64,000 nt of DNA from Sedimentisphaerales bacterium (GTDB taxonomy: Bacteria; Planctomycetota; Phycisphaerae; Sedimentisphaerales; SM23-30): assembly GCA_963666285.1 (NCBI GenBank), contig OY762711.1; one strand, given 5' to 3'. Below are positions 1-11,267 of the stretch, one piece after another; positions within the stretch are counted from its first letter, which is position 1, and the number at the start of each line of letters is the position of its first letter. The translations under genes were made by a program, and so were the position numbers. The notes beneath the pieces were generated by a model. That model was not told the origin of the DNA. It worked only from the letters and a program-made list of their open reading frames with translations, and did not search any database.

Positions 1-390
1 AAGTAGTGTTGATATTCGGTAACTATTAGCCTTACCGTTTAACTCCCATGTGACCAATACATTCACTTTTAGTAAATCTCCGTTTATCGTCTCTAATTTT
101 GCTTCCCAGGAGTAATTAGGATAGTTTTTTGAAAAATCTCCGGAAAGACCGGTAGCTTCCTCAGGCAAATTCACTAAACCGGCACTAATGCGGCTCAATG
201 TTTCGTCTGCAAGGACAACCGCTATTTCCTTACCGGCCATTTCACTATGAATAAATACCGAACGATTAACTATTGAAAACAGTAATACCAACCCGGCAGC
301 TACTAATAATGCCGCTAATAATGCTTCTAATATTGTAAAGCCTTTATTAAAACTTGTAATTTGATTGTATTTTCTATTTAAAAACATCAT
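1..390 (-). CDS. Type II secretion GspI-like minor pseudopilin (partial, runs off window start)
   Basis: Not in the ORF track. Manual translation from ATG at 390 gives MMFLNRKYNQITSFNK-GFTILEALLAALLVAAGLVLLF..., a prepilin G/FTxxE motif, and continues ...YSWEAKLE...VNVLVTW. Overlaps the stop of the upstream pseudopilin. Confidence 0.75.
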   Translation of the reverse strand, partial: MMFLNRKYNQITSFNKGFTILEALLAALLVAAGLVLLFSIVNRSVFIHSEMAGKEIAVVLADETLSRISAGLVNLPEEATGLSGDFSKNYPNYSWEAKLETINGDLLKVNVLVTWELNGKANSYRISTLL

Positions 391-925
391 CAACTGACAA
401 TCCAAGCTCATCTAAATCTATCATTCTGGAATACAATCCTTCACTTTCTTCGGATACTATTCCAGTATATGGACATATTAAATAATTTACGACTTTATCT
501 CCTACTATTATTTGAACACTGGCTCTATCTGATGTCCCATTAGGATAAAACTGTACAATGTCTGGCACAAAGGAAGTGCTGCCATTAGCTATCTTACCTA
601 TCTTGACAGAAGACGGTGATGTGTATGATGTCATTATATTGATTACATCCGGCACTGACTCTTTTCTAACAGGCACATTCGGTGAATTAGGCACAATCAA
701 AGAAATTGTGTTCTCTTCTCGGCCAAAAGCCATGGCAACTGGTACCCCATAAGAACAGCTTAAAAGTTTGGCATTATCGGCAAGATAACTTATTTGCCCC
801 TTAACGGTTTCTTCTGACGCCACTTTGACATGCCTGTAGAGAGTCACGGCTACCGGAACGGCTAAGATGGATATTATCATTAATGATAACAAAATCTCTA
901 TTAATGTAAACGCTTTAATCTTCAT
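374..925 (-). CDS. GspH/FimT-like pseudopilin with prepilin N-terminal cleavage/methylation motif
   Basis: KAFTLIEILLSLMIISILAV N-terminus; C-terminal 'VQFYPNGTSD...ICPYTG' typical of GspH. Confidence 0.8.
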   Translation of the reverse strand: MKIKAFTLIEILLSLMIISILAVPVAVTLYRHVKVASEETVKGQISYLADNAKLLSCSYGVPVAMAFGREENTISLIVPNSPNVPVRKESVPDVINIMTSYTSPSSVKIGKIANGSTSFVPDIVQFYPNGTSDRASVQIIVGDKVVNYLICPYTGIVSEESEGLYSRMIDLDELGLSVDDVFK

Positions 926-1127
926 AAATAAATACTATTAAATAGTTTATCGAACAATAATGTTGCTGTCGAGAATAAAATTTTTCTTAAAATACCACCA
1001 ATAATATACCACTAATAATAATTAATTACCTTATCTATTTACAATTTTACTTTGTTGAATAAAGGTTTATATATTATTGCCTGTGTACTTTGATGCCAAA
1101 AATAGGTATTGTCTACTCACTTTTTTA

Positions 1128-1157
1128 TTGACTTAAACGATACACCAAATTTATAAT
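1128..1157 (+). promoter_or_regulatory. sigma70-like promoter for nrdR operon
   Basis: TTGACT-N18-TATAAT, 85 nt upstream of the nrdR ATG. Confidence 0.55.
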
Positions 1158-1242
1158 TATGTAAAAGACAAAAGGTTAAACATAATATATAATTTGGAAT
1201 TATATTGCCTTCACTATCTCGAAGGGAGAATTTGAAACTAAT

Positions 1243-1707
1243 ATGCGTTGTCCGTTCTGTAAAAATGATGATGATCGGGTTGTTGACTCTCGTTCAGGTG
1301 AAGGTGGCCAGATAATCCGTAGGCGTAGAGAGTGCCTTAGTTGCAAAAGACGCTTTACGACTTATGAAAGAGTCGAAGAAATAATTAAACTTACTGTCGT
1401 TAAAAAAGACGGAAGCAGGGTTCCATATAATAGGGAAAAAGTTAAAGAAGGTATTAGAAAATCCTGTTATAAACGCCCTGTTTCTGCTGAAGAAATTGCA
1501 AACACTGCGGAAGCTGTAGAAGATGACATTCTCCATTTGAATGCCCTCGAGGTAACTTCATCAAATATCGGTGCTATTACTATGAAGCACCTTAAAGATC
1601 TTGACAAAGTAGCATATATCAGATTTGCGAGTGTGTATCAGGAATTTGAGCAAGTTGGCCAGTTCATTAAAGAGGTTAACGAAATCATGCATCCTGACGG
1701 AGACTGA
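1243..1707 (+). CDS. nrdR: Transcriptional repressor NrdR
   Basis: MRCPFC...VVDSR...IRRRRECLSCKRRFTTYER zinc ribbon, ATP cone, DKVAYIRFASVY. Confidence 0.97.
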   Translation: MRCPFCKNDDDRVVDSRSGEGGQIIRRRRECLSCKRRFTTYERVEEIIKLTVVKKDGSRVPYNREKVKEGIRKSCYKRPVSAEEIANTAEAVEDDILHLNALEVTSSNIGAITMKHLKDLDKVAYIRFASVYQEFEQVGQFIKEVNEIMHPDGD

Positions 1708-1709
1708 AT

Positions 1710-2438
1710 TTGTCTTTAACTGTTATAAAATCAGATGGTTCAACCGAAGCGTATATTCATACGCGCGTAATGGCGACAATTTCATCAGCTATCAGCGACG
1801 CTGGATGCTATAGCGAGCAGACTGTCAGCGCTCTTGCAGATGCTGTTAGAATGTACATAGAAGACTGTCGTGACGATTCTTCAGTTAACCTGCAAATTTC
1901 CAGTGATGATATTTATTCCATGATTCTTGCAACCTTACAGGAAACTGGTCATGGCCGTGCTGCTGTTATTCTTAAGCTGCACAGAATTAATCGGCAAATT
2001 CATAGACAAAGACAACTGGTGCTGCATTGTCTTGCCCCACATTTACCTAAGGAAGACATTTTAATTCATGAGTGCTGTCTGGACAATTTTAAGCAGAGCT
2101 GTAACGTTGAAGACTGCCCTTATCTTGAACTTGAACCATGGAATAAATCCAGGCTTGCCGCCAAAGTATTAAAAGACTATAACCTTACTAAAAATGCCGC
2201 TCGTGTTGTTGCCGCTAATGTCGAAGAAAAATTATTCAGGCTTAATATTAGCGTTGCCAGATGCATGCTGATTAAACAACTTATCCTAAATGAATTATTC
2301 TTATTTCGCAATGCGCCTGATTTCATTCGCCAGAGCACAAAAACTAATCCAACAAAGACTATTGATATTGATGAAGTGCCAGGCAAAAAGGCCGATAATG
2401 CCAACCTGGTTTCCAACCGTGATTCAAAACCTGAATAA
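1710..2438 (+). CDS. Stand-alone protein with two ATP-cone-like domains
   Basis: N-terminal TVIKSDGSTEAY...ISSDDIYSMILATLQETGH and a second EPWNKSRLA...ARVVAANVEEKL unit; starts 2 nt after the nrdR stop (TTG start). Confidence 0.65.
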   Translation: MSLTVIKSDGSTEAYIHTRVMATISSAISDAGCYSEQTVSALADAVRMYIEDCRDDSSVNLQISSDDIYSMILATLQETGHGRAAVILKLHRINRQIHRQRQLVLHCLAPHLPKEDILIHECCLDNFKQSCNVEDCPYLELEPWNKSRLAAKVLKDYNLTKNAARVVAANVEEKLFRLNISVARCMLIKQLILNELFLFRNAPDFIRQSTKTNPTKTIDIDEVPGKKADNANLVSNRDSKPE

Positions 2439-2505
2439 ATACAAAGAATCTTAAATTACATGCACTTCTTTTACTCTCAAGTTTTATTTTAATAGAAATA
2501 AATAC

Positions 2506-3630
2506 ATGTTTACTAATAAACTGAATATATCTTCGATCGTGATTTTATTACTAATATCCTGTAATACTATTATCGCTGGAAATACTAATACTGTATCATA
2601 TCGATATTCTCCCTCGTTAACTGGCAATGCCGATGTCATTATTACTCAAAAGCCTAAATATAAATGGAATATTCAATTACCTGATACAATCAACAGCTGC
2701 CCGATAATTAATAATGAAAAAATGTTTGTTGGATGTAATAATAAAACTTTATATTGTCTTGATTCAACAAATGGCAAAACTATCTGGACATTCACTACCG
2801 ATGGCGGCATTGAAGCTTCTCCGGCTATACACAACAATATTGTACTGGCATGCTCGGCAGAAGGTACATTATATGCTCTTGATAAGAATGATGGAACCTT
2901 GCTATGGAAATTTACTACCGGGGCTAAAATTGCTGGAGCTGCAAATATATTTATTGACACAGAAAATAATACTGCCTTCACTCTCATTGGCAGCTACGAT
3001 AACAATATTTACTGTATTAATATATCAGATGGAAAATTAAAATGGAAATACGAAGCTGATAATTACATCAACAGCATGATTTCAATATACAACACAACAG
3101 CAATTACTGGCAGCTGTGATGGTTTTTTATATTTTATTGACATCAGAACTGGAGAGCTAAACAAAAAGATTGATTGCGAAACTTACATACCCGGATGGGC
3201 AGCTGTCAATAATGATATATGCTTTGTTGGCAATTACGATGGAAGCTTTTTCGCCTATGACACTAAAACTTACACCCTAAAATGGGTTCAAAAAGCAACT
3301 GAAAGCCCTTTCATGGAAGGTCCGGCAGTAAACGAAACTATGGTTATTGTCTCTGACAACGATGGAAAAATAAATGCACTCGACATTAACAACGGCAATG
3401 TCAAATGGAGTTTCTCTATTGATAACAAAAGACTATTTGCTCCTTGTATTGCTGGTCAATACATACTGACAAGCTCAGAAAATGGCAACCTGTACATAAT
3501 AAACATTAATGATGGTACCATCTTCTGGAAATATCTCATAGGCGACATATTAAGCACCCCTGTTTTTGTCAACTCTAAATATATTATGGTTGCTGATTCC
3601 GGCGGCAGAGTATATTGTTTTTCTTTTTAA
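2506..3630 (+). CDS. Secreted PQQ-like beta-propeller repeat protein (BamB-like)
   Basis: Signal peptide; repeated LYxLDxxxGxxxWxF units. Confidence 0.85.
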   Translation: MFTNKLNISSIVILLLISCNTIIAGNTNTVSYRYSPSLTGNADVIITQKPKYKWNIQLPDTINSCPIINNEKMFVGCNNKTLYCLDSTNGKTIWTFTTDGGIEASPAIHNNIVLACSAEGTLYALDKNDGTLLWKFTTGAKIAGAANIFIDTENNTAFTLIGSYDNNIYCINISDGKLKWKYEADNYINSMISIYNTTAITGSCDGFLYFIDIRTGELNKKIDCETYIPGWAAVNNDICFVGNYDGSFFAYDTKTYTLKWVQKATESPFMEGPAVNETMVIVSDNDGKINALDINNGNVKWSFSIDNKRLFAPCIAGQYILTSSENGNLYIININDGTIFWKYLIGDILSTPVFVNSKYIMVADSGGRVYCFSF

Positions 3631-6600
3631 CGCCCCCTCCGATCAACACCTTCACTGGAACGCATTATCCTTGTATAAGGAAGTCTGCCAAGCGAATCCA
3701 GGCGTTTTTCAATTATTTTTGAGGTCTCACTGTCTCCACAATAATAATATGCATCGGCAAGCCATAAATCATTTATTGAATCATAATTCGATAAAGAATT
3801 TGCTTTATTCAGGTATACCTTCGATGTTTCAGGAGATTTATCATATACAGAAATAGCTAACAATGAATAATTTCTTATTGCTATACTGGCTCTCATCACC
3901 TCATTATCTAGCTGTAAATTAATTTTCTCAAATACTATGTCAGAAAAATCTTTTATATCATCTGGATCGACATCTGCTAAAATATAATCATAATAAAAAT
4001 AATCATCATCCTGATTGGTACGCCCAATACAATCAGAAACTATATTCTTAAATATATCCATCTTACCTTTTCTTGCGCAATATCGTAAAGTTTCTTCTAT
4101 AAGCATGTGATCTTTACTTATCGTGTTAATGATATTATCTATAATATACATAACCAGTTTATCGGCTTCATCATCATTGCCGCAGAGCATTAACAATTTT
4201 AATTTTGCTGCCAATGCAGAAGATTCGTCAGGATTTTGTCTCAAAAAGCAATTAAGTAAATTTAGACTAACATGAATTCCATCTAGTTCTTTTTCATGAA
4301 GTTCACATAAATAATACAGAATTTCATGATAGTTAATTCGATACAGATTTTTCCCATAAGAAAAAACGTTAGAAGCAAATTGCATTTGCGCATACCTGAT
4401 TGCCTTTTCGTAATCTGCATTGTTATAATATGCTTTGGAAATTAACATCAAACCATCATCAAAAGCTGTTAATAGTACGCCAAAAGAATTTTCTACCATA
4501 TCGCAATGTCGGTTGTTCGTCAAATGCTTATGATAAAATAATGAAAATATCAGATAATTATCTATAAGAGAAAGTAATTGTTTCTTATATCTATATGATA
4601 AATCATCCTCAATTTTATTCAATAATTCTGGATCATATAGATATCTTGCATATGCTTGTGCATATGTTAATATATTAGTATTATTATCATCAATAACCGT
4701 CATCCAGAATCGTTGCAATTCTCTGAAAACTGGTTTGTTTTGAGCTATTTTATAAACTAACTTATGTTCAAAAGGCATAATAACAGTATTATCCAATTGA
4801 CGACTGGTTATTCCACCAAAAGTAAACATTTCTGGCCATTTACACGCATAACTGCTCGTAGAATTAGTACTAAATGAATCTCTAAAATATTGAAGCATAA
4901 ATTCATTATTAGACATTAAATAATAAACTGTTAAGTAATCCATTTTTCTTAGTTTATCAGGAACATTTTTCGCCATTTGAACTGCTAAATCAGATTTTCC
5001 TGCAAGACTATAATATCCGACTAAATTGTGATAGACAATAGGAGTAATGCCAGCCTTAGGTTCCAAGTTAGCCCTGAATATATCAGCTAATTCTTGATAA
5101 TCTCCTGTAGATTCGTATATACTGGCAACATTTTTTCTATATACTAAACAATTTGGTTCTTTGATATAAGCATAACCGGCATATACTTTTGCGTTTATAT
5201 AATCACCTTGATAATAATAAATTAAAGACCTTAAATAATCACATGCAGCAATATTTTTACAATTCTCCCATTGAATATTATCTGCAATAACTAATAATTC
5301 TTTTGGAGATAAAACTAAAACAAGAGTTTCTAGCATACGTGAAGAATTAACATTAATAATGGAATTATTAATTATATTTTCTATTGAAGCTATAACATCA
5401 ATAATATATTTATCCCTATCGTATGAATATTGAAAACATTTCAATTTAATAACTTGATAAGCAGGTTCTGTAGGATATTCATCAATTAGTTTAGTAATAA
5501 GCAGTAATGATAGATTCTTATTAATTACAGCACTGCTAAAAAAATTAATATAATCGTTAAAAGTATTTTCTGCATTTTCATTGCTGAATGAATATGTTTT
5601 TATCTTCTGTTCTAACAAAACGGATATGTCATCATCAATATTGGCTCCTAAATAGATAATCAATTTAAGAAATTGTAACGCAGCCTTATCTCCCAGGCTC
5701 TGCAAAAAGCGATTAATTATATTTTCGTACGATGTCATGGCTGATTTGCTTAATATTTCAATTGTGCTGATAGCAGGATCACTTGTAATATTAATAGAAC
5801 TCAAAATACAATCGTCTGGATATTGTCCTAACACACCTGAATCAAGTTTAATTAGAATAACATAATGATTATGCTCATAAGAAACACCTGCTACCACATC
5901 ATAAAATGCTAAATGCTGCTCATCCGACAATCTACTCCATATCGAATAATAGAATTGCCTGATTATTTTCTTATCAACATTTTTATTTATCTGTAGATTT
6001 TCCAAAAACACTTTTGCCGAATTAAAAACAGAATTATTTGACTGCATAACCGCACAATTGCTTAAATATAACTTTAATATATCATTATTGACAGAATAGT
6101 AGGACAACTTGGAAAACTCAGTATCAATATTAAAGTCATCAGATGCAATGTTAAAACCTGCTGGCTCCAAATCTTCAAATATCTTATCAAAGAAACTCTG
6201 TAGTTTGTCATAACAATCAAAATTGACTACTCTAATTTTATCTGCTAGTTTTAGCAAATACTCATAGCGGGAAGTCTGTCTGCAAACATAAGTCATATCC
6301 AGTATAAACTGCATCATTCGAGTGTAAACATTTTGATCACTGCAATATTCACAGCACATCATTATTTCATCTTCAATCAGGCTGACAACTTGACGATCTA
6401 TATCGCTCGCCGAATACATCATGCCGTTTAGCACGGTTTGCCTTAATTTGTTCATCTCGGCATAATTTGATGTTTGAGTTTCTCCTGAAATAGAAACTGC
6501 ATAATTCTGGTATATTAAACGAAACAATTTAAATGCTTCCTGGTATTGGCCCTCGGATACATATGTATATGCCTGCATTAATAATAAATCGTTATTATCT

Positions 6601-9600
6601 GGACTATATGTTAAAGCTTCCTGGAGAATCAAACGGCATCGATCTGTCATGCCTTCATTTCGATAATATTCTGCAACATCCATATATTCTTGCGGGTTAT
6701 ACGTATCACTTAGATAACATTTTAGTACATATTCAGCTTCATAATACATACCATTATTTAACAGGGTCATACATATCCCAAAATAATCCTGACTGGATAA
6801 TTTGCAATTTGTTATGAGTAATATTCTTGACAAATCAATTCGCAAATCTTCAGGAATATCAGCATAACGCAGCGCATGTCTGATGAGCTGGTAACTTCTA
6901 TCTGGCGCATAAACCATCGCGGTCAAAACAACATTTGATATAAGTTCATATTGCTTCATCGAATCAATTATGTCAAGAGCAAGATAATATAACATTGTAT
7001 TTTCAGGCGAATGAGTTATATATTCATACACAACATATAATGTATCGTAAAGTTCTTCTTCGGCAATATCCATATTCAAAATTGAATCTACCGCATAACT
7101 CAATAATACAATATCTGGATTGCCATGTATAACTTCTTTTACCCTGGATAGTGCTTCAGCCTGCTTACCTGCTGCTATCGAAGCATTAACCCAGGAAAGC
7201 AGCAGTTCTCCATTATCCGGATATTTATCTAACATTGGCTGCAAAAGCTGCATTGCTCGCTCGTGATCTCCGATCAAACCGGCTGCGCAGGATTGTTGAT
7301 ATACTTTAATTAAATTGTTAATCGAAATCTCTTTTAGCTCGTTACGGACAAAATTAATTACTCCTGATTCACCTCTGAGAGAAGCCAATACTCCAAGCTT
7401 TCGCAAGTACATATCATAATTATCTTTATCTTTTTCAAGAAGCTGCATAAGCATTTGTTCGCACAAATTATAATCCTGGGTGATTAGATATGCCTGATGC
7501 TTAATCTGCAATGATTCTACTGTATCACTACCGTAATACTGATCTATCAAATCTGTTACTGAAACGGAATCCTGGATACTAAGATATATTGACATTAGAA
7601 GATAAAAAGTATCTACATCTTTTGTTTGTTCATATTCATATTCGAGATCAACTGTTAATTCCGGCAGTTTCCCTGTTTTCCTGGCAAGATCCAGTAGCTT
7701 TGTCTCTGCCGATACACCATCTGAATTTTTTGTCAGCTTCCATATTTCCTGCCATGCCTGATACGCCTTATCTAAATTATTAAACTTCTCGTATAGCATA
7801 GCTACAGACACATAATATTTTATATCAGAAGACTTATTGTATGCTTGTTTTAAAAGATCTATTGCTTTTTCCGGCTCGCCAACTTTCTCGTAAATTTGTG
7901 CAATTTCAGACTGCAAACTGTAAGGAAGAGTTTCCGATTCTAATAGATATTCAAGTATTTCAAAGAGTTCTGTTTTCTTGTTTTGCGCAATTAAAGATTC
8001 AGCGTACAGAATAGCCGCCTGAAAACCGATACCCTGATCTATTTCCATCATTTTTTTGGCGGCCTTTTCTGCTGTAGAAAATAAGGAATACCTCAATGAA
8101 AAATATGCCAGACTTATCAGATTGTCAGTATCAATATTGGTATCAATATAATCACTTAACATCTGACCGGCCTCATTTCGACGCCCTGCCATTATTTTCA
8201 GTCTTGCCTGAAACAAAATACTCAGCTTGATATCTGCAAATAATTTACCTACTTCATCATGCATATCGTTATCGGAAATCGAGTATGCTGATATTAATTG
8301 CTGATCCCAGAATTTATTATTAGAAATATCTGATTCCTGCTTGTTCCTTTGCCTGTTATAGATATTAATAAATTCACGATATTCTTTATTTAATATATAT
8401 GAGACGGCTATCATATCCGAATATTTTCCACTGTCTTTTTCAGGTTCGGCGACAGCTTTTATAATATTTCCCATATGCTGGCCGTTTTTATCGGCAGACA
8501 GCAATCCCCAGGCTAAAACCATTCTCCCAAAATAATACTCCAAATCGCCTGTAAGTATCTCGCTGAACATATCTGTTGACCTGGTAAAATCACCACACTG
8601 ATAATGAGCGATTGCACTTAAACATTTCAAATGATCATCATCAATGTCTTTATAATATAGGTCTTTAGTGGCAGCAGAATAATCACCATTTAAAATAGAA
8701 CTCAATAAATAATTCTTAGATTGGGCCGGATTTAGATCGCTTCTATCTAAATCTCGTCCCTTATCGTTAACTTCACCTGCAATGGTGTTACCTGCCAGTG
8801 ATAATGTTAAAACTATAAATATCACAGCATTGAGAAATTCGACATTTTTTCTTCTGAAATATATGCCAAACAAAAAGATAGATAATGAAATCAGGACAAA
8901 AAACTGCCAGATGTTTATACTTTCCGTAATATCCACCTCATTTACAGATCCTATTTCTGGCATATTATCATTCCATGGCATTCTATTTTTTTCGTTTATT
9001 AAATTATACGAACACTGAGCGCTGTCTAACACTCTGCCGCTGGAATCTGCTATTGCAACCGAATAAAAACCTGACTCCAAATCATCAAACTCAGCATGCA
9101 AACTAATGTTGCCGGTAGATGAGCAATACATTTGTTGTTCTGCTATTACCTTATTATCCATGATTAGCCTCGCTTTGGGCTTCTGAATACAGCATTCTAC
9201 CCCTGCTTCTAATCTATATTTTATATTAAGTTTATCTCCGACCTGGGCATATTCAAGAGTATCAGTTTTGTTTTTCCTGACTAACTGCTTACATAAATTC
9301 TGAAACAAAATGCTGGTACTATCATTATTATAAAAAAGAGTATTTCCGGTACAAAAAACCACCTGTCCCAAACCATAATGCCTTATACTTAAAACCGGGT
9401 TACCGTTATTGTCATACAAGATATTCTGGCTGTCCTGTTTAGATTTTGAAAAATAATAATTCTTCGATAAACTGAGACCGGCAAAATCAACATTGCTCAT
9501 AACCCTGTGTGGTAATCCAGGTAATAGATTAACTGAATCTATTCCTGCTGCATCTCCAATATTGGAATATACCGAGTTAAAATTTAACACCGGCATCGAA

Positions 9601-11267
9601 AACCTGTCTCTGGAATGGAAGAAAACCCCTTTACCAAGATTACTGATATTATACATCTTAGAGGCATTGACAGAATTATTAACACATATTGTTGAAAGCG
9701 TAATTTTATCTTTTGTGATAAGATTTATATCTCTGGACAAATCAATCTTTTCTATATTCCCGTCTGTAATAACGACTATATGCCTGGTAGATGAGTTAAC
9801 ATTTAATAGACCATAATAAGCTTCCTGCAAAGCTGGATATAATATTGTCGAACCTCCGTACGTGAGCCGATTGATTGCACGGTTTATCTCTAATGTGTTT
9901 GCTGCAGACTGCATTGGCGCTGCCCAACGCCTATTACCATAAAATTCGACAATTCCGGCCAGATCACGTTCTGATAGATTAGCAATAGTATTCCTTATTA
10001 TCTCTTTTGCAATTAATAATCGGTCACCCTCCATACTTTTTGATGTATCAATTACAAAGACTATTGCATTAGTCGAAACGGCATTCTGATTCTTTTGGTA
10101 AATATCAACCGGAAGCATTTCTTTCATATCTTTATTGTTTATAACTTTGTCATTAAAGAAGTTAGGACTTGGCAGAATCAACAACCCCATTCCTTCAAGC
10201 AATCTCTGCTGTATTACTTCAATAAATTCACTAATATTATTATCGATTCCCATATCTTGTACTACCAGTAAATCGGCTGAGAGCAAGTCTGACACTTCAT
10301 TCAATCTGCTTAGCTCCAGGTATCCGCCCAGTACTTGCTGAATATTTTCATAAACAGCGTCTTCTTCAACAAGCACAGAAACTTTGGGCATATCGCAGGC
10401 ATTAATGGACTTATAAATTCTATCATTAAGAATATCACATTCTTTGCCTTGAAGTTCAAATTCAAGATTTACATTTTTATTACTGACAGAAACCGGAATA
10501 TTTATAATATTTCTGCCTTCAGCAATAAGTAATTCGCCATCAATAACAACTGGATTATCGTTATTTTTTACTAAAACAGTAACATTGCATTCAATATTTG
10601 AATCGACAACTAATCTTGCCGTTATATTCTGGCCAACTGATATCGATGCTGGTAAAAATACATTTTCTAATGAAATACGTGGTTTCTTATCGGGGCTGGC
10701 AAGTTCAGTGTGAACCGATATGCCGGGATATACTCTGGCCAACTCATGAAAATTAATTATATTCTGAGTTTCAACTCCATCGGTATATAAATATATATCT
10801 CCTTTCCCTTCTAATATACTTACTGCATATAGAACAGCATCCCTGATATTTGACTGGTGAAAATATGTATCTGATACATTAGAAAATATCCCGCTCTTTC
10901 GCTTCCTCATATCTGGAAGTCTGCCTGTGTTTACATCATTAGAACCAACATGCAATGGCTTTTCTGCAAAAACTATATATTCCAGCTGATCGTAGTATTC
11001 TTTTTTCAATTCACTGGAAACTAATTCATTTGCACTATCTAAACCATGGTCGGTTATGCTTGCTGACACATCTATCAAACCTACAGCTTTCCTTGCTTTT
11101 TTTGTAAAACTGAGAACTGGCTGGCAATAAGCGGCAAAAATCATAAATATGCATGAAAATGTAATTAATAGCATTATCTTCCGGCGTCTTTGCAATTTTA
11201 AAAAGAACACCACGCTTAATATTGCAAGTGATATAAATAATATGACATAATTATTCCCTGCAAACAT
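3627..11267 (-). CDS. Giant membrane-anchored protein with two vWA domains and a long TPR-like region (2546 aa)
   Basis: N-terminal TM helices; MIDAS motifs LIDVSAS and VIDTSKS...GGST...ITDG; two internal hydrophobic helices near aa 785-830; then about 1700 aa of helical TPR-like repeats. Confidence 0.75.
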   Translation of the reverse strand: MFAGNNYVILFISLAILSVVFFLKLQRRRKIMLLITFSCIFMIFAAYCQPVLSFTKKARKAVGLIDVSASITDHGLDSANELVSSELKKEYYDQLEYIVFAEKPLHVGSNDVNTGRLPDMRKRKSGIFSNVSDTYFHQSNIRDAVLYAVSILEGKGDIYLYTDGVETQNIINFHELARVYPGISVHTELASPDKKPRISLENVFLPASISVGQNITARLVVDSNIECNVTVLVKNNDNPVVIDGELLIAEGRNIINIPVSVSNKNVNLEFELQGKECDILNDRIYKSINACDMPKVSVLVEEDAVYENIQQVLGGYLELSRLNEVSDLLSADLLVVQDMGIDNNISEFIEVIQQRLLEGMGLLILPSPNFFNDKVINNKDMKEMLPVDIYQKNQNAVSTNAIVFVIDTSKSMEGDRLLIAKEIIRNTIANLSERDLAGIVEFYGNRRWAAPMQSAANTLEINRAINRLTYGGSTILYPALQEAYYGLLNVNSSTRHIVVITDGNIEKIDLSRDINLITKDKITLSTICVNNSVNASKMYNISNLGKGVFFHSRDRFSMPVLNFNSVYSNIGDAAGIDSVNLLPGLPHRVMSNVDFAGLSLSKNYYFSKSKQDSQNILYDNNGNPVLSIRHYGLGQVVFCTGNTLFYNNDSTSILFQNLCKQLVRKNKTDTLEYAQVGDKLNIKYRLEAGVECCIQKPKARLIMDNKVIAEQQMYCSSTGNISLHAEFDDLESGFYSVAIADSSGRVLDSAQCSYNLINEKNRMPWNDNMPEIGSVNEVDITESINIWQFFVLISLSIFLFGIYFRRKNVEFLNAVIFIVLTLSLAGNTIAGEVNDKGRDLDRSDLNPAQSKNYLLSSILNGDYSAATKDLYYKDIDDDHLKCLSAIAHYQCGDFTRSTDMFSEILTGDLEYYFGRMVLAWGLLSADKNGQHMGNIIKAVAEPEKDSGKYSDMIAVSYILNKEYREFINIYNRQRNKQESDISNNKFWDQQLISAYSISDNDMHDEVGKLFADIKLSILFQARLKIMAGRRNEAGQMLSDYIDTNIDTDNLISLAYFSLRYSLFSTAEKAAKKMMEIDQGIGFQAAILYAESLIAQNKKTELFEILEYLLESETLPYSLQSEIAQIYEKVGEPEKAIDLLKQAYNKSSDIKYYVSVAMLYEKFNNLDKAYQAWQEIWKLTKNSDGVSAETKLLDLARKTGKLPELTVDLEYEYEQTKDVDTFYLLMSIYLSIQDSVSVTDLIDQYYGSDTVESLQIKHQAYLITQDYNLCEQMLMQLLEKDKDNYDMYLRKLGVLASLRGESGVINFVRNELKEISINNLIKVYQQSCAAGLIGDHERAMQLLQPMLDKYPDNGELLLSWVNASIAAGKQAEALSRVKEVIHGNPDIVLLSYAVDSILNMDIAEEELYDTLYVVYEYITHSPENTMLYYLALDIIDSMKQYELISNVVLTAMVYAPDRSYQLIRHALRYADIPEDLRIDLSRILLITNCKLSSQDYFGICMTLLNNGMYYEAEYVLKCYLSDTYNPQEYMDVAEYYRNEGMTDRCRLILQEALTYSPDNNDLLLMQAYTYVSEGQYQEAFKLFRLIYQNYAVSISGETQTSNYAEMNKLRQTVLNGMMYSASDIDRQVVSLIEDEIMMCCEYCSDQNVYTRMMQFILDMTYVCRQTSRYEYLLKLADKIRVVNFDCYDKLQSFFDKIFEDLEPAGFNIASDDFNIDTEFSKLSYYSVNNDILKLYLSNCAVMQSNNSVFNSAKVFLENLQINKNVDKKIIRQFYYSIWSRLSDEQHLAFYDVVAGVSYEHNHYVILIKLDSGVLGQYPDDCILSSINITSDPAISTIEILSKSAMTSYENIINRFLQSLGDKAALQFLKLIIYLGANIDDDISVLLEQKIKTYSFSNENAENTFNDYINFFSSAVINKNLSLLLITKLIDEYPTEPAYQVIKLKCFQYSYDRDKYIIDVIASIENIINNSIINVNSSRMLETLVLVLSPKELLVIADNIQWENCKNIAACDYLRSLIYYYQGDYINAKVYAGYAYIKEPNCLVYRKNVASIYESTGDYQELADIFRANLEPKAGITPIVYHNLVGYYSLAGKSDLAVQMAKNVPDKLRKMDYLTVYYLMSNNEFMLQYFRDSFSTNSTSSYACKWPEMFTFGGITSRQLDNTVIMPFEHKLVYKIAQNKPVFRELQRFWMTVIDDNNTNILTYAQAYARYLYDPELLNKIEDDLSYRYKKQLLSLIDNYLIFSLFYHKHLTNNRHCDMVENSFGVLLTAFDDGLMLISKAYYNNADYEKAIRYAQMQFASNVFSYGKNLYRINYHEILYYLCELHEKELDGIHVSLNLLNCFLRQNPDESSALAAKLKLLMLCGNDDEADKLVMYIIDNIINTISKDHMLIEETLRYCARKGKMDIFKNIVSDCIGRTNQDDDYFYYDYILADVDPDDIKDFSDIVFEKINLQLDNEVMRASIAIRNYSLLAISVYDKSPETSKVYLNKANSLSNYDSINDLWLADAYYYCGDSETSKIIEKRLDSLGRLPYTRIMRSSEGVDRRGR

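Noticed and set aside
1180..1195. NrdR-box-like acataatatataattt
   Set aside because: Lacks the conserved C and G positions of the consensus and lies in very AT-rich DNA.
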